DNA of 64,000 nt from Nitrosopumilus sp. (GCA_965224195.1 OZ245040.1:1408001-1472000); one strand, 5' to 3'. Numbered from the stretch's first letter, positions 15,001 through 20,827 are shown. Notes: generated by a model not told the origin, from the letters alone. Program-made: numbers and translations.

Positions 15001-15558
15001 ATAGCTGGTATCATACAGCGAGTCAGCCAAGGCATCAAAGTCTGCTCCGTACAGCACAGAGTCTTGCAAATCCGGATGCTGCTGATACTTACCTGTAATA
15101 GAATCAAGAACAGGCCAGGAGCTGCTGTTATTATTGTTGGCACTGCTGTTACTGCTGATGCTGCCATCTAAATCACCCATGCCTTCAGGTGGATATGCAA
15201 ACGCGTGCTGGATTGGAGAGAAGGTCAGTCCGATTGGGCCAAGCATGCTACCAGACACAAACACGATGCAGACAAGCACGGCAAGGGATCTTTTCAGAAA
15301 AGGGCGGCTGTCGTATCTGCTTGGCAGCATGCTTGCAAGCACAAAGATTCCTGGCGCAACTACAAAGAGCACGTAAAAGTGTGCAGAAGGCGACTGCTGA
15401 TTCCACAGCAAAATCCCCTGAGACTCTGATGAGGAAGAGCCTGCAGGATGCGGCGTGGCCTCATTGTACACAGTCTCCTGTGCAGATACGGGAGGCATGC
15501 CAGACAATGCAAGAACTGAAAAAAGCAAAAACAGCAAAAAGACACTCTTTGGAGCCAT
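1..15558 (-). CDS. Giant repetitive cell-surface protein, 3' end outside window (signal/TM-like N-terminus, 12 FG-GAP repeats, 6 beta-propeller modules, 12 FN3-like domains)
   Basis: ATG at 15558 (MAPKSVFLLFLLFSVLALSG...). The same frame reads LDEETGVLAITFDE at the window edge, and the ORF track lists no closed ORF in this frame, consistent with no internal stop. Motifs: FGxSVAxIGDLDGDG x12 (~12050-14400), FNPxGTKMFVxG...YEY x30 (~370-10740), WTAP x12. Confidence 0.9.
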   Translation of the reverse strand, partial: MAPKSVFLLFLLFSVLALSGMPPVSAQETVYNEATPHPAGSSSSESQGILLWNQQSPSAHFYVLFVVAPGIFVLASMLPSRYDSRPFLKRSLAVLVCIVFVSGSMLGPIGLTFSPIQHAFAYPPEGMGDLDGSISSNSSANNNNSSSWPVLDSITGKYQQHPDLQDSVLYGADFDALADSLYDTSYNASYDNNNASYDNNNASYDNNNANYDNLNNNRPLSGHEKTAVQEFLSEMQQHGSSSIRVLNEQSYPAVGGHWTVDFVTEETHDLVISAVNGTSFGTGLPDDLEFVSLYSSDISSNSNMMMMIAPEFVYDDESKITSVVFPDYSGDSTASSFEMLVHTPGKHHLKLEFGDSVAYANNYAYPSSTAPPVKINNSTANLPPLLDDSYFGTSVAGIGDLDGDGTADIAVGLTGGLTVAASTGAVHVLFMNPDGSIKRTAEINGSTANGPTDIVSDDNFGASVAGIGDLNRDGIPDIVAGASITSTQGSYRGAVYVMLMDTDGSVKSTVKIDDSTTASLVLANHDMFGASVAGIGDLNNDGTTDIAVGASNNDSGGGSGKGAIHILFMNPDGTVKSTQKIDDFGTTVASHLVNYFGLSVANIGDLNNDGIADIAVGAPGNDNKGTVYVLFMNTDGTVKSTAKIDDSTTNGPPSLADYFFFGASVASIGDINSDGTTDIAVGASGNDSGAIYIILLNSDGTVNGTAKIDDSTTDSLVFGSDSNFGTSVANIGDLNGDGMPDIAVGAPYEGTNDGGSNTGAIHIIYLDAIAPHGTGSARETVKIDDTTADGPILSDGDLFGASVAGIGDLDGDGIPDIVAGAYKDDHGGTDKGAIHILFMNRDGTIKRTAQISNPESGINSYYLSDHDGFGYSVASIGDLDGDGTTDIAVGAYQDDNNNRTTNTGAVYVLFMNPDGTAKSYSPIKNSTANGPVLSDDDNFGASVAGIGDLDGDGIPDIVAGAPQTDTNYVDDGAIFVMLMNADGSIKSTIKIDGSTNSGPVLADYSFFGSSVANIGDLNNDGIADIAVGADRDSDTASDGGAVFILFMNSDGTVSSTKRIDDTVANVPTILDYDQFGSSVAGIGDINGDGAPDIAVGVQGAAGGKADTGAVYVLLMNTDGSVKATKVIDSSASPGGGPDDAEVSDGDQFGSSVALIGDLDDDGIPDIVAGADLDDTDGANKGAIYVMYMQKEIVVNAVTSNNADGTYGTLDEIDISVHFSAPVIVTGTPYIYLNVDSVSFGSGVAVADYASGNNTDTLHFTYSIQPGDSSSKLEYIGTNALLLNDNIIRDAAFPHANADQTLPPKGIVLSVNPPKTFGSLGMNSNIVIIDDLGPNLYFVAFNAGTGKLTIEFDEPIYNSLSGDINLAKLFLSAPNTVNQTPLAGASIDTTGHSAEIAITLTERQRTNVIGNSTEPQLDIADSAVTDLFGNAIDASDDNTVNVTADTVKPVFESAAFDAGTGMLTIIFDERIDNRQSGGIDLTKLFLSAPGQTDQTSLDGAAVQTAGNSTDILIQLTLPQISTVLANSLTPQLDIGVGAVRDISGNAIDAATDNAVTTTNAVQPPSPGSPTAVTPDSTPPKFESAALDEKTGVLAVTFDETIANEDFDLSTADYKRKFSVRSQDGTPEGVAFNPDGTKMFVVGYDTEKIYEYALTTPFDLSSSSYANRSFPVGSQDNSPKGVAFNPDGTKMFVIGGEYEEIHEYELTTPFDVSSSSYTNRSFPVGSEDNTPRDVAFNPAGTKMFVAGYASETIIEYTLSTAFNVSTASYTDTFDVSSQDTEPEGVAFNPDGTKMFVVGDQRDRVYEYTLTTPFDLSNVSYAHHFSVGTDDNFPTGVAFNPAGTKMFVVGADSNNVYEYTLATPVDLSKLLISESGSVNGTGTALTGASIETVGNSTSIEIKLTALQLQSALALTTPELDILAAAVSDVLGNEILASYDNAIAVTNSVQPPSLAAPTNLLVNVINGTAAEITWTAPAIPANSFYNISDVSYLVNVTDTVTDSTLQYTVPAGTTTHTATNLIPGKSYNASVKAIVLLDSGDDLESSTTAVSFDMPTPPSLDAPTNLSVAVSGTTATITWTAPAISANSFYDINSVSYLVNVTDTAAGTTVPYTISDGTITTHTATNLIPGKSYEVTVEAKASLSDSTVLSSQPTAVVSFAVSEPPSLDAPTNLLVNVINGTAAEITWTAPTVDANDFYTINDVTYQVNVFDAGDSGAASSGSITDTSYTATNLTPGESYNVFVVAGAAVGSGYTVQSAGVSAPFNMPAAAVVDGGAGTPLPLAADNTPPTFESAALDEETGVLAITFDEIIANEGFDLSTAVYTDNSFSVSNKDTTPTGMAFNPSGTKMFVVGYENAKIYEYELTTPFDVSSSNYKRDFSVSSEEDIPEGVTFNPAGTKMFVVGTGNGNVYEYTLSTAFNVSTASYTRNVSVSLQDSSPEGVAFNPAGTKMFVVGIGNGNVYEYTLSTAFNVSTASHTGTFSVAAREGTPSGVAFNPAGTKMFVVGYKSDKVDEYTLTTPFDISNVSHTGTLSVASQDTTPADVAFNPAGTKMFVVGYKSANIYEYALTTPVDLSKLLISESGSVNGTGTALSGASIETVGNSTSIEIKLTAPQLQSVIALTTPELDILEAAVFDVSGNQIAAALDNAIAVTNSVQPPSLAAPTNLLVNVINGTAAEITWTAPAIPANPFYDINSVSYIVYVTDTVTDSTLQYTVPAGTTTHTATNLIPGKSYNASVEAIVLLDSGDDLESSTTAVSFDMPTPPSLAVPTGLSVSVFATAATITWTAPAIPANSFYDINSVSYLVNVTDVAAGTTVQHTVPAGTTEHTTYLIVGKSYEVTVEAKALLSDLTAIFSQPTAAVSFDMPLPPSLAAPTNLLVNVINGTAAEITWTAPTVDANDFYTADDMVYQVTVISSDGSELGDTADDTSYTATGLTPGESYNVHVYVTIFGPGYFVESSPVSASFNMLAVAVDGGAGTPLPLAADNTPPTFDSATLDEETGVLAVTFDETIANEGFDLSTADYTGRSFLVSSQDNSPQGVAFSTNGTLMFVVGNQHDSIYEYRLTTPFDVSSSSYTNRSFDVSSQDGLPTGVAFNPDGTKMFVAGLQNEKIYEYELTTPFDLSSSSYTNRSFSVGSQDDSPTGVAFNPAGTKMFVTGFDTEKIYEYTLTTPFNLSNVSHTGLFSVGTQDTSSYGVAFNPAGTKMFVAGDQHNRVDEYTLTTPFDLSNVSYTRHFSVGTQDDFPKDVTFNPTGTKMFVVGDQHDKIYEYTLTTPVDLSKLFISESASTNDISLTGASIETVDNSTSIEIKMTAPQLQSVIALATPELDILAAAVSDVSGNQILASADNAITVINSVAPPPLAAPTNLSVDVSGTTATITWTAPAISANSFYDINSVSYLVNVTDVAAGTTVPYTISDGTITTYAATGLTPGKSYEVTVEAKALLSDSTVLSSQPTAAVSFAVSEPPSLDAPTNLLVNVINGTAAEITWTAPTVNANDFYTINDVTYQVNVFDAGDSGIASSGSITDTSYTATGLTPGESYNVFVSADAAVGSSYTVQSAVVSAPFNMPAAAVVVDGGAGTPPPLAADNTSPTFDSATLDEETGVLAVTFDEIIANEGFDLSTAVYTDNSFSVSNKDTTPTGMAFNTNGTKMFVVGYQNEKIYEYELSTPFDVSNPTFVRDFLVGTQDDSPEGVAFNPDGTKMFVAGLQNEKIYEYELSTPFDVSSSDYKRNFSVSDEDTYPRGVAFSTNGTLMFVAGSDTDKIYEYALTTAFDLSTASYTDRSVDVSLQDTHPTDVTFNSAGTKMFVVGSEMDNVIEYALTTPFNLSTASFVRLFSVSSEDDSPEGVAFNPAGTKMFVVGVQRDRVYEYALSTPVDLSKLFISELASVNGTGTVLTGASIETVGNSTSIEIKLTESQRLAVIALTVPELDILEAAVFDVSGNQIVAALNNAIAVTNSVQPPSLDAPTNLLVNVINGTAAEITWTAPAVTANPFYDINSVSYLVNVTDTAAGTTVPYTISDGTITTHTATNLIPGKSYEVTVEAKALLSDSTVLNSPHTAAVSFAVPAVSPVPSSQPSADNTPPTFESAALDEETGVLAVTFDEIIANEGFDLSTADYTDRSVDVSLQDSSPTGMAFNTNGTKMFVVGFDSEKIYEYVLSSPFDVSTAAYTDRYFEVTSEDTEPTGVTFNPAGTKMFVAGHDNEEIYEYALSTAFDLSTAAYTDRYFEVTLQDTSPQDVTFNPAGTKMFVAGDQHDKIYEYALSTAFDLSTAAYTDRYFEVTSEDTSPQDVTFNPAGTKMFVAGYNNKKIYEYALSTAFDLSTAAYTDRYFEISLQDTEPTGVTFNPAGTKMFVAGNQHDKIYEYALTTPVDLSKLFISESGSVNGTGTALTGASIETVGNSTSIEIELTAFQRLAVIALTIPELDILSAAVSDVLGNEILASYDKAIAVTNSVQPPSLDAPTNLLVNVINGTAAEITWTAPAIPANPFYDINSVSYIVYVTDTVTDSTLQYTVPAGTTTHTATNLIPGKSYNASVEAIVLLDSGDDLESSTTAVSFDMPTPPSLAVPTGLSVSVFATAATITWTAPAIPANSFYDINSVSYLVNVTDVAAGTTVPYTVPAGTTEHTTNLISGKSYQVTVEAKALLSDSTTISSQPTAAVSFDMPLAPLPDAPTNLLVNVINGTVAEITWTAPTVDANEYYTIGDVNYQVTVISSDGADEFGGTVTDTSYTVTGLTSGESYDVHVRTMIFGIGFFVESSPVSASFNIPAVVVDGGAGTPPPLAADNTPPTLLSAALDEETGVLAVTFDEIIANEGFDLSTASHTDTFNVGSQDDTPNGVAFNPDGTKMFVVGYQSEKIYEYTLTTPFDLSSSSYANRSFPVGLQDNSPEGVAFNPDGTKMFVIGGEYEDIYEYTLTTPFDVSSSSYTNRSFSVGSEDNSPRGVAFNPAGTKMFVAGYTGENIYEYTLSTPFNVSTASYTDTFDVSSQDTEPEGVAFNPSGTKMFVVGDQRDRVYEYTLTTPFDLSNVSYAHHFPVGTDDNSPRGVAFNPAGTKMFVAGDQHDKIYEYALTTPVDLSKLLISESGSVNGTGTALSGASIETVGNSTSIEIKITAPQLQSVIALTIPELDILEAAVSDVSGNQILALYDNAIAVTNSVAVVSPPPPLAADNTPPTFESAALDEETGVLAITFDE
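14920..15000. repeat. 21-bp tandem repeat, ~4 copies, in frame within the giant gene (encodes NASYDNN)
   Basis: ATTATCATAG(C/T)TGGCATTATT at 14920, 14941, 14962 and a partial copy at 14983. Confidence 0.9.
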
Positions 15559-15779
15559 GGCTACCAAGACTCCGCCGTCGTCATGCCATCAAGAAAGGCA
15601 GAACTTTGGGCTATAAAATATTCAAATATACTGGCAATGGGAGTCTCGCGTCTGACCTCTCTCTCTTCCCCCCCCCCCCGAATCAGTGATAGGCAAGATA
15701 TAAGCAACATGCACATATTAACCAGAAAACACACGTATTTAATCATTTTGTAATCTGGGTTTTGTGAAGTTACAGTGAC

Positions 15780-16703
15780 CTATTTTCCCTTGTAAAGTTT
15801 GGTGACCTGAGCATTTTGAATTAACGTAATCCGCTTGTTATTACCTTCAACCTTCACACCTGAAACTCCATCTGGTGTCTTACCATCTAATCCCATATGA
15901 CCACGAATAAAATTATGATGAATTTGCATATCTGCAATTATTGGAGAATCATCTTTTTTCAATGATCTCATGACTTTTTCTCTATCTCTTATTGTACCAT
16001 TCAGTCTTTCCATCTTGTTGTTGTTTCTGTCATTTTTCATGTGAATGTGTTCAGTGTCTTTGTGTAGAAAATTCTTGGCTTTCCATTTATCTTTCCATGC
16101 TTCATGAAAGTTTGGAGCTCCGTCTGAAATTAGAGTTGTAGGTTTCTTTTTTGCTATCTTAACAGCTTTCATAAACATTGGCTTTACATCTTGAGTATAT
16201 TTTCTGTCTGAAACTTGTTTTGCCATCTAGTAACGAGTTTCATCATCCATTATGGCATAGAGATATTTTCTATCACCCTTGATTTTGAGATAAATTTCAT
16301 CTGTTCGCCATTTTTCTGAAACTTGAGGGATTATGGATTCAAGATATTTTTCCATTAGTGAGACGTATTTCTTAATCCAACCTTCAACACCTTTGTAAGA
16401 TATTTTTACACCAAATAATTTCATTGAATTTGCTACATGTCTTAATGATTCGCCATTGAAATATAGATTCATTGAAGCTGTTACAGCTTGAGGTGTCGCT
16501 CTCATCTTTTCAAATCCAAAGTTTTGAATGAATCGTTTGTCACAGTTCTTGCATTTGAATTGCTGAAAATTACCATGTTTTGTTTTCTTTATTCCTTTTT
16601 TAATTATATTATTTGAGTTACAAAACTTACAACAGTCAACATTAATTTCTTTGATTGTACTTTGTTGTTTTACTTGTTTTCTAATCTTTAGTGAAATTTC
16701 CAT
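15780..16703 (-). pseudogene. IS6-family DDE transposase; internal stop and N-terminal SWIM domain missing
   Basis: Motifs WRTDEIY, MDDETRY*(W to TAG at 16227-16229), ISDG, NNKMERLNGTIRDR. Homologous to 19493-20557 and 39965-41089; truncated at the ISL2-like insertion. Confidence 0.88.
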
Positions 16704-16705
16704 TA

Positions 16706-17772
16706 GATGAGTTGCGCAATTGCAAGCAAAAATCTAACTTTTCTGTCATTTAATTCTTAATTTTATGGAATTGCAATGAATTCTTCTTTCCATTTAATCT
16801 TGAAACTGACAGTCCCGCAAACAATTTCACTTGTCACATCATATCTGCATAATTTGTTTCTAAACACATCGCGATTTATCCGAAATTGCCTGATTTGTGC
16901 AATGACACGTCCAACTTTTATTCTAATTTTTGACTGCATCCTGTTCCACTCCTTTTGAGCAACAGTCAATTTTTTTCCTTTCTTTTTCTTGCATGGCAAA
17001 ACACTTGCCTGTTCTGGAAAGTCTTTTTCCGTCCCCAAACATCCAGGATCATAAGACTGCAGCAACCCTTCAGACAATGTTGGATGCCTTGATTTGTAAA
17101 TTCCGTAATCATGATGGCTGCCAGGCGAATGTGCAGATTTGTGGATTGTTATCCCATCAGGATTTATGGCGACTTGATTTTGTACTGCATGCTTTTTCTT
17201 TTTGCCTGAATGGCGTGCCTTTCTTTTCTTTTTGTTTTTTGGTCTTGGGATGGGCTGTTCTGTGCCATCAGTGATTGCAACTAATTCCGGAAAGAATTCT
17301 TGCAGTTCCTGCATGCCGTTAATCTCTTTTGAGTCTGCATATTTTTTGGCAGCAATTACAATGGACTGCTTCACTGCAGGCTCCAAACATCCGATGTTTC
17401 TCATTACGTTTGGTTTGTCCAAATCAAATGTCATCCCTGGCATGTCATATGTTGTGTACATTCTGTAGTACATGAAAAACATTAGAATTCTGCCTTTGAA
17501 GGACAAGTCAAACTTGTGTCCTGCACCAATGTCCCTTTCTCTGTTTTTGGACAGTCCCTTTTGTTCTGCAGTTTTGCAATTTTTCTTTATTTCTTTGTAT
17601 AGGGAATCAAATTGTGGAACAGTTAGTCCTGTTATTGACAGGAATTGCTTTGGTTTTTTTGCCAGTTTTGTGCAATTAAACATGAATTGAAAATAATTCA
17701 GCCTTAGCTTTGGATCTTATGATTAGAAAATGTTGAGATTATGCTCAAATTGGACTAATTGCACAACTCATC
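16706..17772 (-). mobile_element. IS5-family (ISL2-like, DDE_Tnp_4-type) insertion sequence
   Basis: 16-bp IRs GATGAGTTG(C/T)GCAATT with TA on both sides (16704-16705, 17773-17774). Contains ORF 16763-17683. Confidence 0.82.
16763..17683 (-). CDS. ISL2-like transposase, probably inactive
   Basis: FLSITGLT..F HTH, DGTEQPIPRP, HSGKKKKH and GSHHD motifs. Catalytic motifs are degenerate (DPGCLG for DxGYxG; RIKVGR for RxxVEH). Confidence 0.8.
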   Translation of the reverse strand: MFNCTKLAKKPKQFLSITGLTVPQFDSLYKEIKKNCKTAEQKGLSKNRERDIGAGHKFDLSFKGRILMFFMYYRMYTTYDMPGMTFDLDKPNVMRNIGCLEPAVKQSIVIAAKKYADSKEINGMQELQEFFPELVAITDGTEQPIPRPKNKKKRKARHSGKKKKHAVQNQVAINPDGITIHKSAHSPGSHHDYGIYKSRHPTLSEGLLQSYDPGCLGTEKDFPEQASVLPCKKKKGKKLTVAQKEWNRMQSKIRIKVGRVIAQIRQFRINRDVFRNKLCRYDVTSEIVCGTVSFKIKWKEEFIAIP

Positions 17773-17774
17773 TA

Positions 17775-17963
17775 ATGTATGCTTTGATTTTGGATATACA
17801 AACAACGGAGCATTCATTTTCTTTAGAATCTGGCGCATGAGGGAGATCATCATGCGTTGGTGTTTGTTTTTCATGAAATGAGAAATGTGTAATTATTGAT
17901 GGATCTTGATAATTAGTTTGATCTGCAATTAGGTAAAATCTTGGTGATTTCCAGGAAGCCCAG
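17775..17963 (-). mobile_element. Left-end remnant of a second IS5-like element
   Basis: Its reverse complement aligns with 21483-21670 (CTGGGCTT.CT.GAAAT end) and encodes MKNKHQRMMISLMRQILKKMNAPLFVYPKSKHT. Confidence 0.7.
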
Positions 17964-18008
17964 TAAACGCAGTTCTATCTTTTTATCCTGCACATAATAT
18001 TTTGAATC

Positions 18009-18752
18009 ATGTATTATCTGTACATTGATGAAAGTGGGGATTCAGGAGATTATTTGGATGAATTTAATAAGGTCATAGAAGGGAGTTCCAAATTTTTTAC
18101 TCTGGCTGGAATCATCGTAGATGATACTCTAAAAACAAATCTGGATAATGAAATTAATTCCATAAGTGACAGATATTTTTCAACGATTTCACTTCCAGAA
18201 AATTTCAAGATTCACTATCATCCATTAAGAAACAAACGCCCTCCATATGACAAATTATTAGATAGTCAGAGGTTTCAATTGGCAAATGACATGTTTAAAC
18301 TCATCAAAAAATCAAACTGTCATCTTTTGTCAGCTACAATAAATCTAGAACGTCATTGTAGAAAATATGGCATACCTGCCAATCCCAAAGCATATGCCAT
18401 GTTGATAATACTTGAGAGGTTTCAAGATTTTCTTGAGGAAAATGGCGCAGAAGGTAGGGCAATTTATGAAAAATTCAATAAAAAAGCAAGAAAAAAAGTG
18501 GAGCGTACAATAAGAGGATTGAAGGAAATTTTACGTTTTAGACATTATAGGGAATTAAACAACATCCGAGGTCATGTGGAAAATGGAGATCCTAAGACAT
18601 CTCCAATATTACAACTTGCAGATTTTTTTGCATATGCTGTATGGATAAAACTAACTACTTCTGATGCTTCCAAAAACAGATGGCTTTCAATCAAAGACAA
18701 GTATTATCGATTAGATTACGGTCGGTATAAAGCAGGAAATGTTGAAATCTAA
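18009..18752 (+). CDS. DUF3800 family protein (RNase H-like fold)
   Basis: N-terminal YIDESG, FTLAGII, and C-terminal ILQLADFFAY motifs. Confidence 0.85.
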   Translation: MYYLYIDESGDSGDYLDEFNKVIEGSSKFFTLAGIIVDDTLKTNLDNEINSISDRYFSTISLPENFKIHYHPLRNKRPPYDKLLDSQRFQLANDMFKLIKKSNCHLLSATINLERHCRKYGIPANPKAYAMLIILERFQDFLEENGAEGRAIYEKFNKKARKKVERTIRGLKEILRFRHYRELNNIRGHVENGDPKTSPILQLADFFAYAVWIKLTTSDASKNRWLSIKDKYYRLDYGRYKAGNVEI

Positions 18753-18753
18753 A

Positions 18754-18810
18754 GGCGATTCCTGAGCTCTCTTGCGAGTCTCATAGTTAGCATTACACCA
18801 ACGGAACCGT
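18754..18810 (+). ncRNA. Candidate DUF3800-associated structured RNA (strand uncertain)
   Basis: GC-richer 57-nt patch immediately after the stop. Pairings: TTCC/GGAA closing stem, TGAG..CTC-TTGC-GAG.CTCA hairpin, GTT/AAC stem. DUF3800 genes are known to be flanked by structured RNA motifs. Confidence 0.45.
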
Positions 18811-19084
18811 ACTAATAATACCAATCTCTATTTTTTAAAGGTTGGGAATTTTCAAACCATTTTAAAAAATAAAGACCCATAATCATCAAAAATTTAATTT
18901 ACGCACAAAAGGGTTCTGTAAAGCCTGCGGTTGATAAAATAGGCGTAAAAAGTCGGTTGATGGAGATTTGAGTGGTACCGTCCAAATATCAAATATTATT
19001 AAGATTATGTAAATTTCTTAATAATCGTGTGTGATTGTTGTAAAACTTCGAAAATTTATAACATGTATTATGTTACATTATAAC

Positions 19085-19189
19085 ATGAAATCCGAGAAAA
19101 GACATTGGGAAGAACGTCATTTTAAAATAGCACAAGAATCAGCTAAGAAATTTGAGACGCATACGGAAGATCAAGAAGTAGATATTTAA
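19085..19189 (+). CDS. 34-aa charged peptide, putative antitoxin
   Basis: MKSEKRHWEERHFKIAQESAKKFETHTEDQEVDI. Preceded by palindromes and lies directly upstream of the RelE-like ORF. Confidence 0.45.
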   Translation: MKSEKRHWEERHFKIAQESAKKFETHTEDQEVDI

Positions 19190-19213
19190 TCCCTCAGTAG
19201 TTTTTGTTACATA

Positions 19214-19492
19214 TTGACTCGTTTTTGGACATGTAAAACACCTACGTGGTCACAATATTTTGTAAATATTGAGTATGTTTCTGATCCTTCCGTAGATCTT
19301 CTAACCAAATTCAAAACAGACATTGTTGAATTTGAACATCCTGAAAAACATCCTGCATTTGTTGAATGTACACATGTTCAAAAAAATGCAGGACACATGT
19401 TGTTTATCATTGATGGAAGAGTAGAAGTTGTAATTAGTCCAATGAGAGATAGAAAAATCCTGTTCTTTGTTCATTGTCAAGATAATCAATAA
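19214..19492 (+). CDS. Small protein, putative divergent RelE/ParE-fold toxin
   Basis: 92 aa; beta-alpha-alpha-beta3 pattern and shared residues with 41792-42103. Confidence 0.5.
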   Translation: MTRFWTCKTPTWSQYFVNIEYVSDPSVDLLTKFKTDIVEFEHPEKHPAFVECTHVQKNAGHMLFIIDGRVEVVISPMRDRKILFFVHCQDNQ

Positions 19493-20605
19493 TCATTTCT
19501 TACTAGCATTCTGAATTAATGTAATCCATTTATTGTCTCCTTGAATCTCCATACCACATTTTTCACTAGGTGTCAATCCACCTAATGCACTGTGTGGTCG
19601 AATGTAATTGTGAAACAACTGATAACCAGTTAGTGTAACTGAATCTTTTTTCTTTATTCCTCTCATTACTTTTTCCCTATCTCTAATTTCTCCATTGAGT
19701 CGTTCCATCTTGTTATTGTTCATGTCACCTTGCAAGTGAATATGTCTGATGTGTAATGTTCTGTTACGTCTTTTCAATGTCCAAAATTCTTTCTTGTATG
19801 CTTCATGATATGATCCTAGACCATCTGTGATGAACACTTTAGGTTTTGTTTGTGTAACTTGTTTTGCCTTTTGTAGTAACCCTCTTGCGTTATGTCCTTC
19901 TTTTCTGTCACCAACTTCTTGAGCAATCCAGAATCTGGTTTCATCATCCATCATTGCAAATACATATTTTAATTCACCACGAATTTTTACATAAATCTCG
20001 TCAGCTCGCCACGCATCACCTACTTGGGGAACTATCTTGTCTAAGTATTGATTCATGAGTTTGGTATATTTTTCAATCCAGTTGTAGATAGTTTGGTGTG
20101 ATACATCCATGCCTAGAAGTTTGAGGGCTCTAGCCACGTTTCTTAATGATTCACCTGAGAAATACAACTGCATGGCAGTAGTGATTCCTTTAGGATTGTG
20201 TTTCATCTTCTCAAAGCCTAGATTCATTGAGAATGTTCTGTGGCAATCTGAACATGAGAATCTTTGAATTGCTGTTTGCTTGTTTTTACGAACACCATTT
20301 TTTACAATGTTCTTGCCATGACAGAAGCGACAAGAATCAATGGTCACAGGTTCGATTGTAACCTTATTTCTTTCTCGTACCTCCTCTCTAATTTTGATTG
20401 AAAATTCTATTGCATGAATGTGCTTACAGCAAATTCTGTTTCGATACTTGTGGTCAGGACAGGTGCACGTCCATTTTTCATTTACTCTGATAACGTCATA
20501 ATCTCTATTGGTAGTCTGGGAATGTACATGATAATGATAGTCTGAAACTCTAATCAAATCTGATTTTAGTGCTATTTGTTTGCCTTTTTCTTGTCTTGGA
20601 TTTAT
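19493..20605 (-). CDS. IS6-family transposase with SWIM and Zn-ribbon domains
   Basis: WTCTCPDH...CKHIHA, CRFC..CSDC, WRADEIY, ITDG, NNKMERLNGEIRDR. ORF-track start is TTG 20557; homology with the 41089 copy extends to ATA at 20605. Confidence 0.9.
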   Translation of the reverse strand: MNPRQEKGKQIALKSDLIRVSDYHYHVHSQTTNRDYDVIRVNEKWTCTCPDHKYRNRICCKHIHAIEFSIKIREEVRERNKVTIEPVTIDSCRFCHGKNIVKNGVRKNKQTAIQRFSCSDCHRTFSMNLGFEKMKHNPKGITTAMQLYFSGESLRNVARALKLLGMDVSHQTIYNWIEKYTKLMNQYLDKIVPQVGDAWRADEIYVKIRGELKYVFAMMDDETRFWIAQEVGDRKEGHNARGLLQKAKQVTQTKPKVFITDGLGSYHEAYKKEFWTLKRRNRTLHIRHIHLQGDMNNNKMERLNGEIRDREKVMRGIKKKDSVTLTGYQLFHNYIRPHSALGGLTPSEKCGMEIQGDNKWITLIQNASKK

Positions 20606-20680
20606 ACTACTAGTAGTACATAATACTATTACATAAACACTCTTGAAAAATATTATATACTATGAGTAGTATGGTATTAT

Positions 20681-20827
20681 ATGGTGAAAGTAGAAAGAAC
20701 TACAACATCGATCAAAGTAAGACCTGATGTATGGAAAAAAGCAAAGATAGAAGCTATCAAAGAAGATATTGACGTGTCTGAATTAGTTGAAAAAGCAATC
20801 GAGAGATGGGTGAAAGATAAAAAATGA
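20681..20827 (+). CDS. Ribbon-helix-helix (CopG/ParG-like) regulator, 48 aa
   Basis: MVKVERTTTSIKVRPDVWKKAKIEAIKEDIDVSELVEKAIERWVKDKK; ATGA overlap with the next ORF. Confidence 0.75.
   Translation: MVKVERTTTSIKVRPDVWKKAKIEAIKEDIDVSELVEKAIERWVKDKK

Noticed and set aside
1244-15746. Numerous short ORFs, mostly + strand, over and just upstream of the giant gene
   Set aside because: Mostly antisense or alternate-frame shadows of the long repetitive minus-strand ORF; none has a convincing protein motif of its own.
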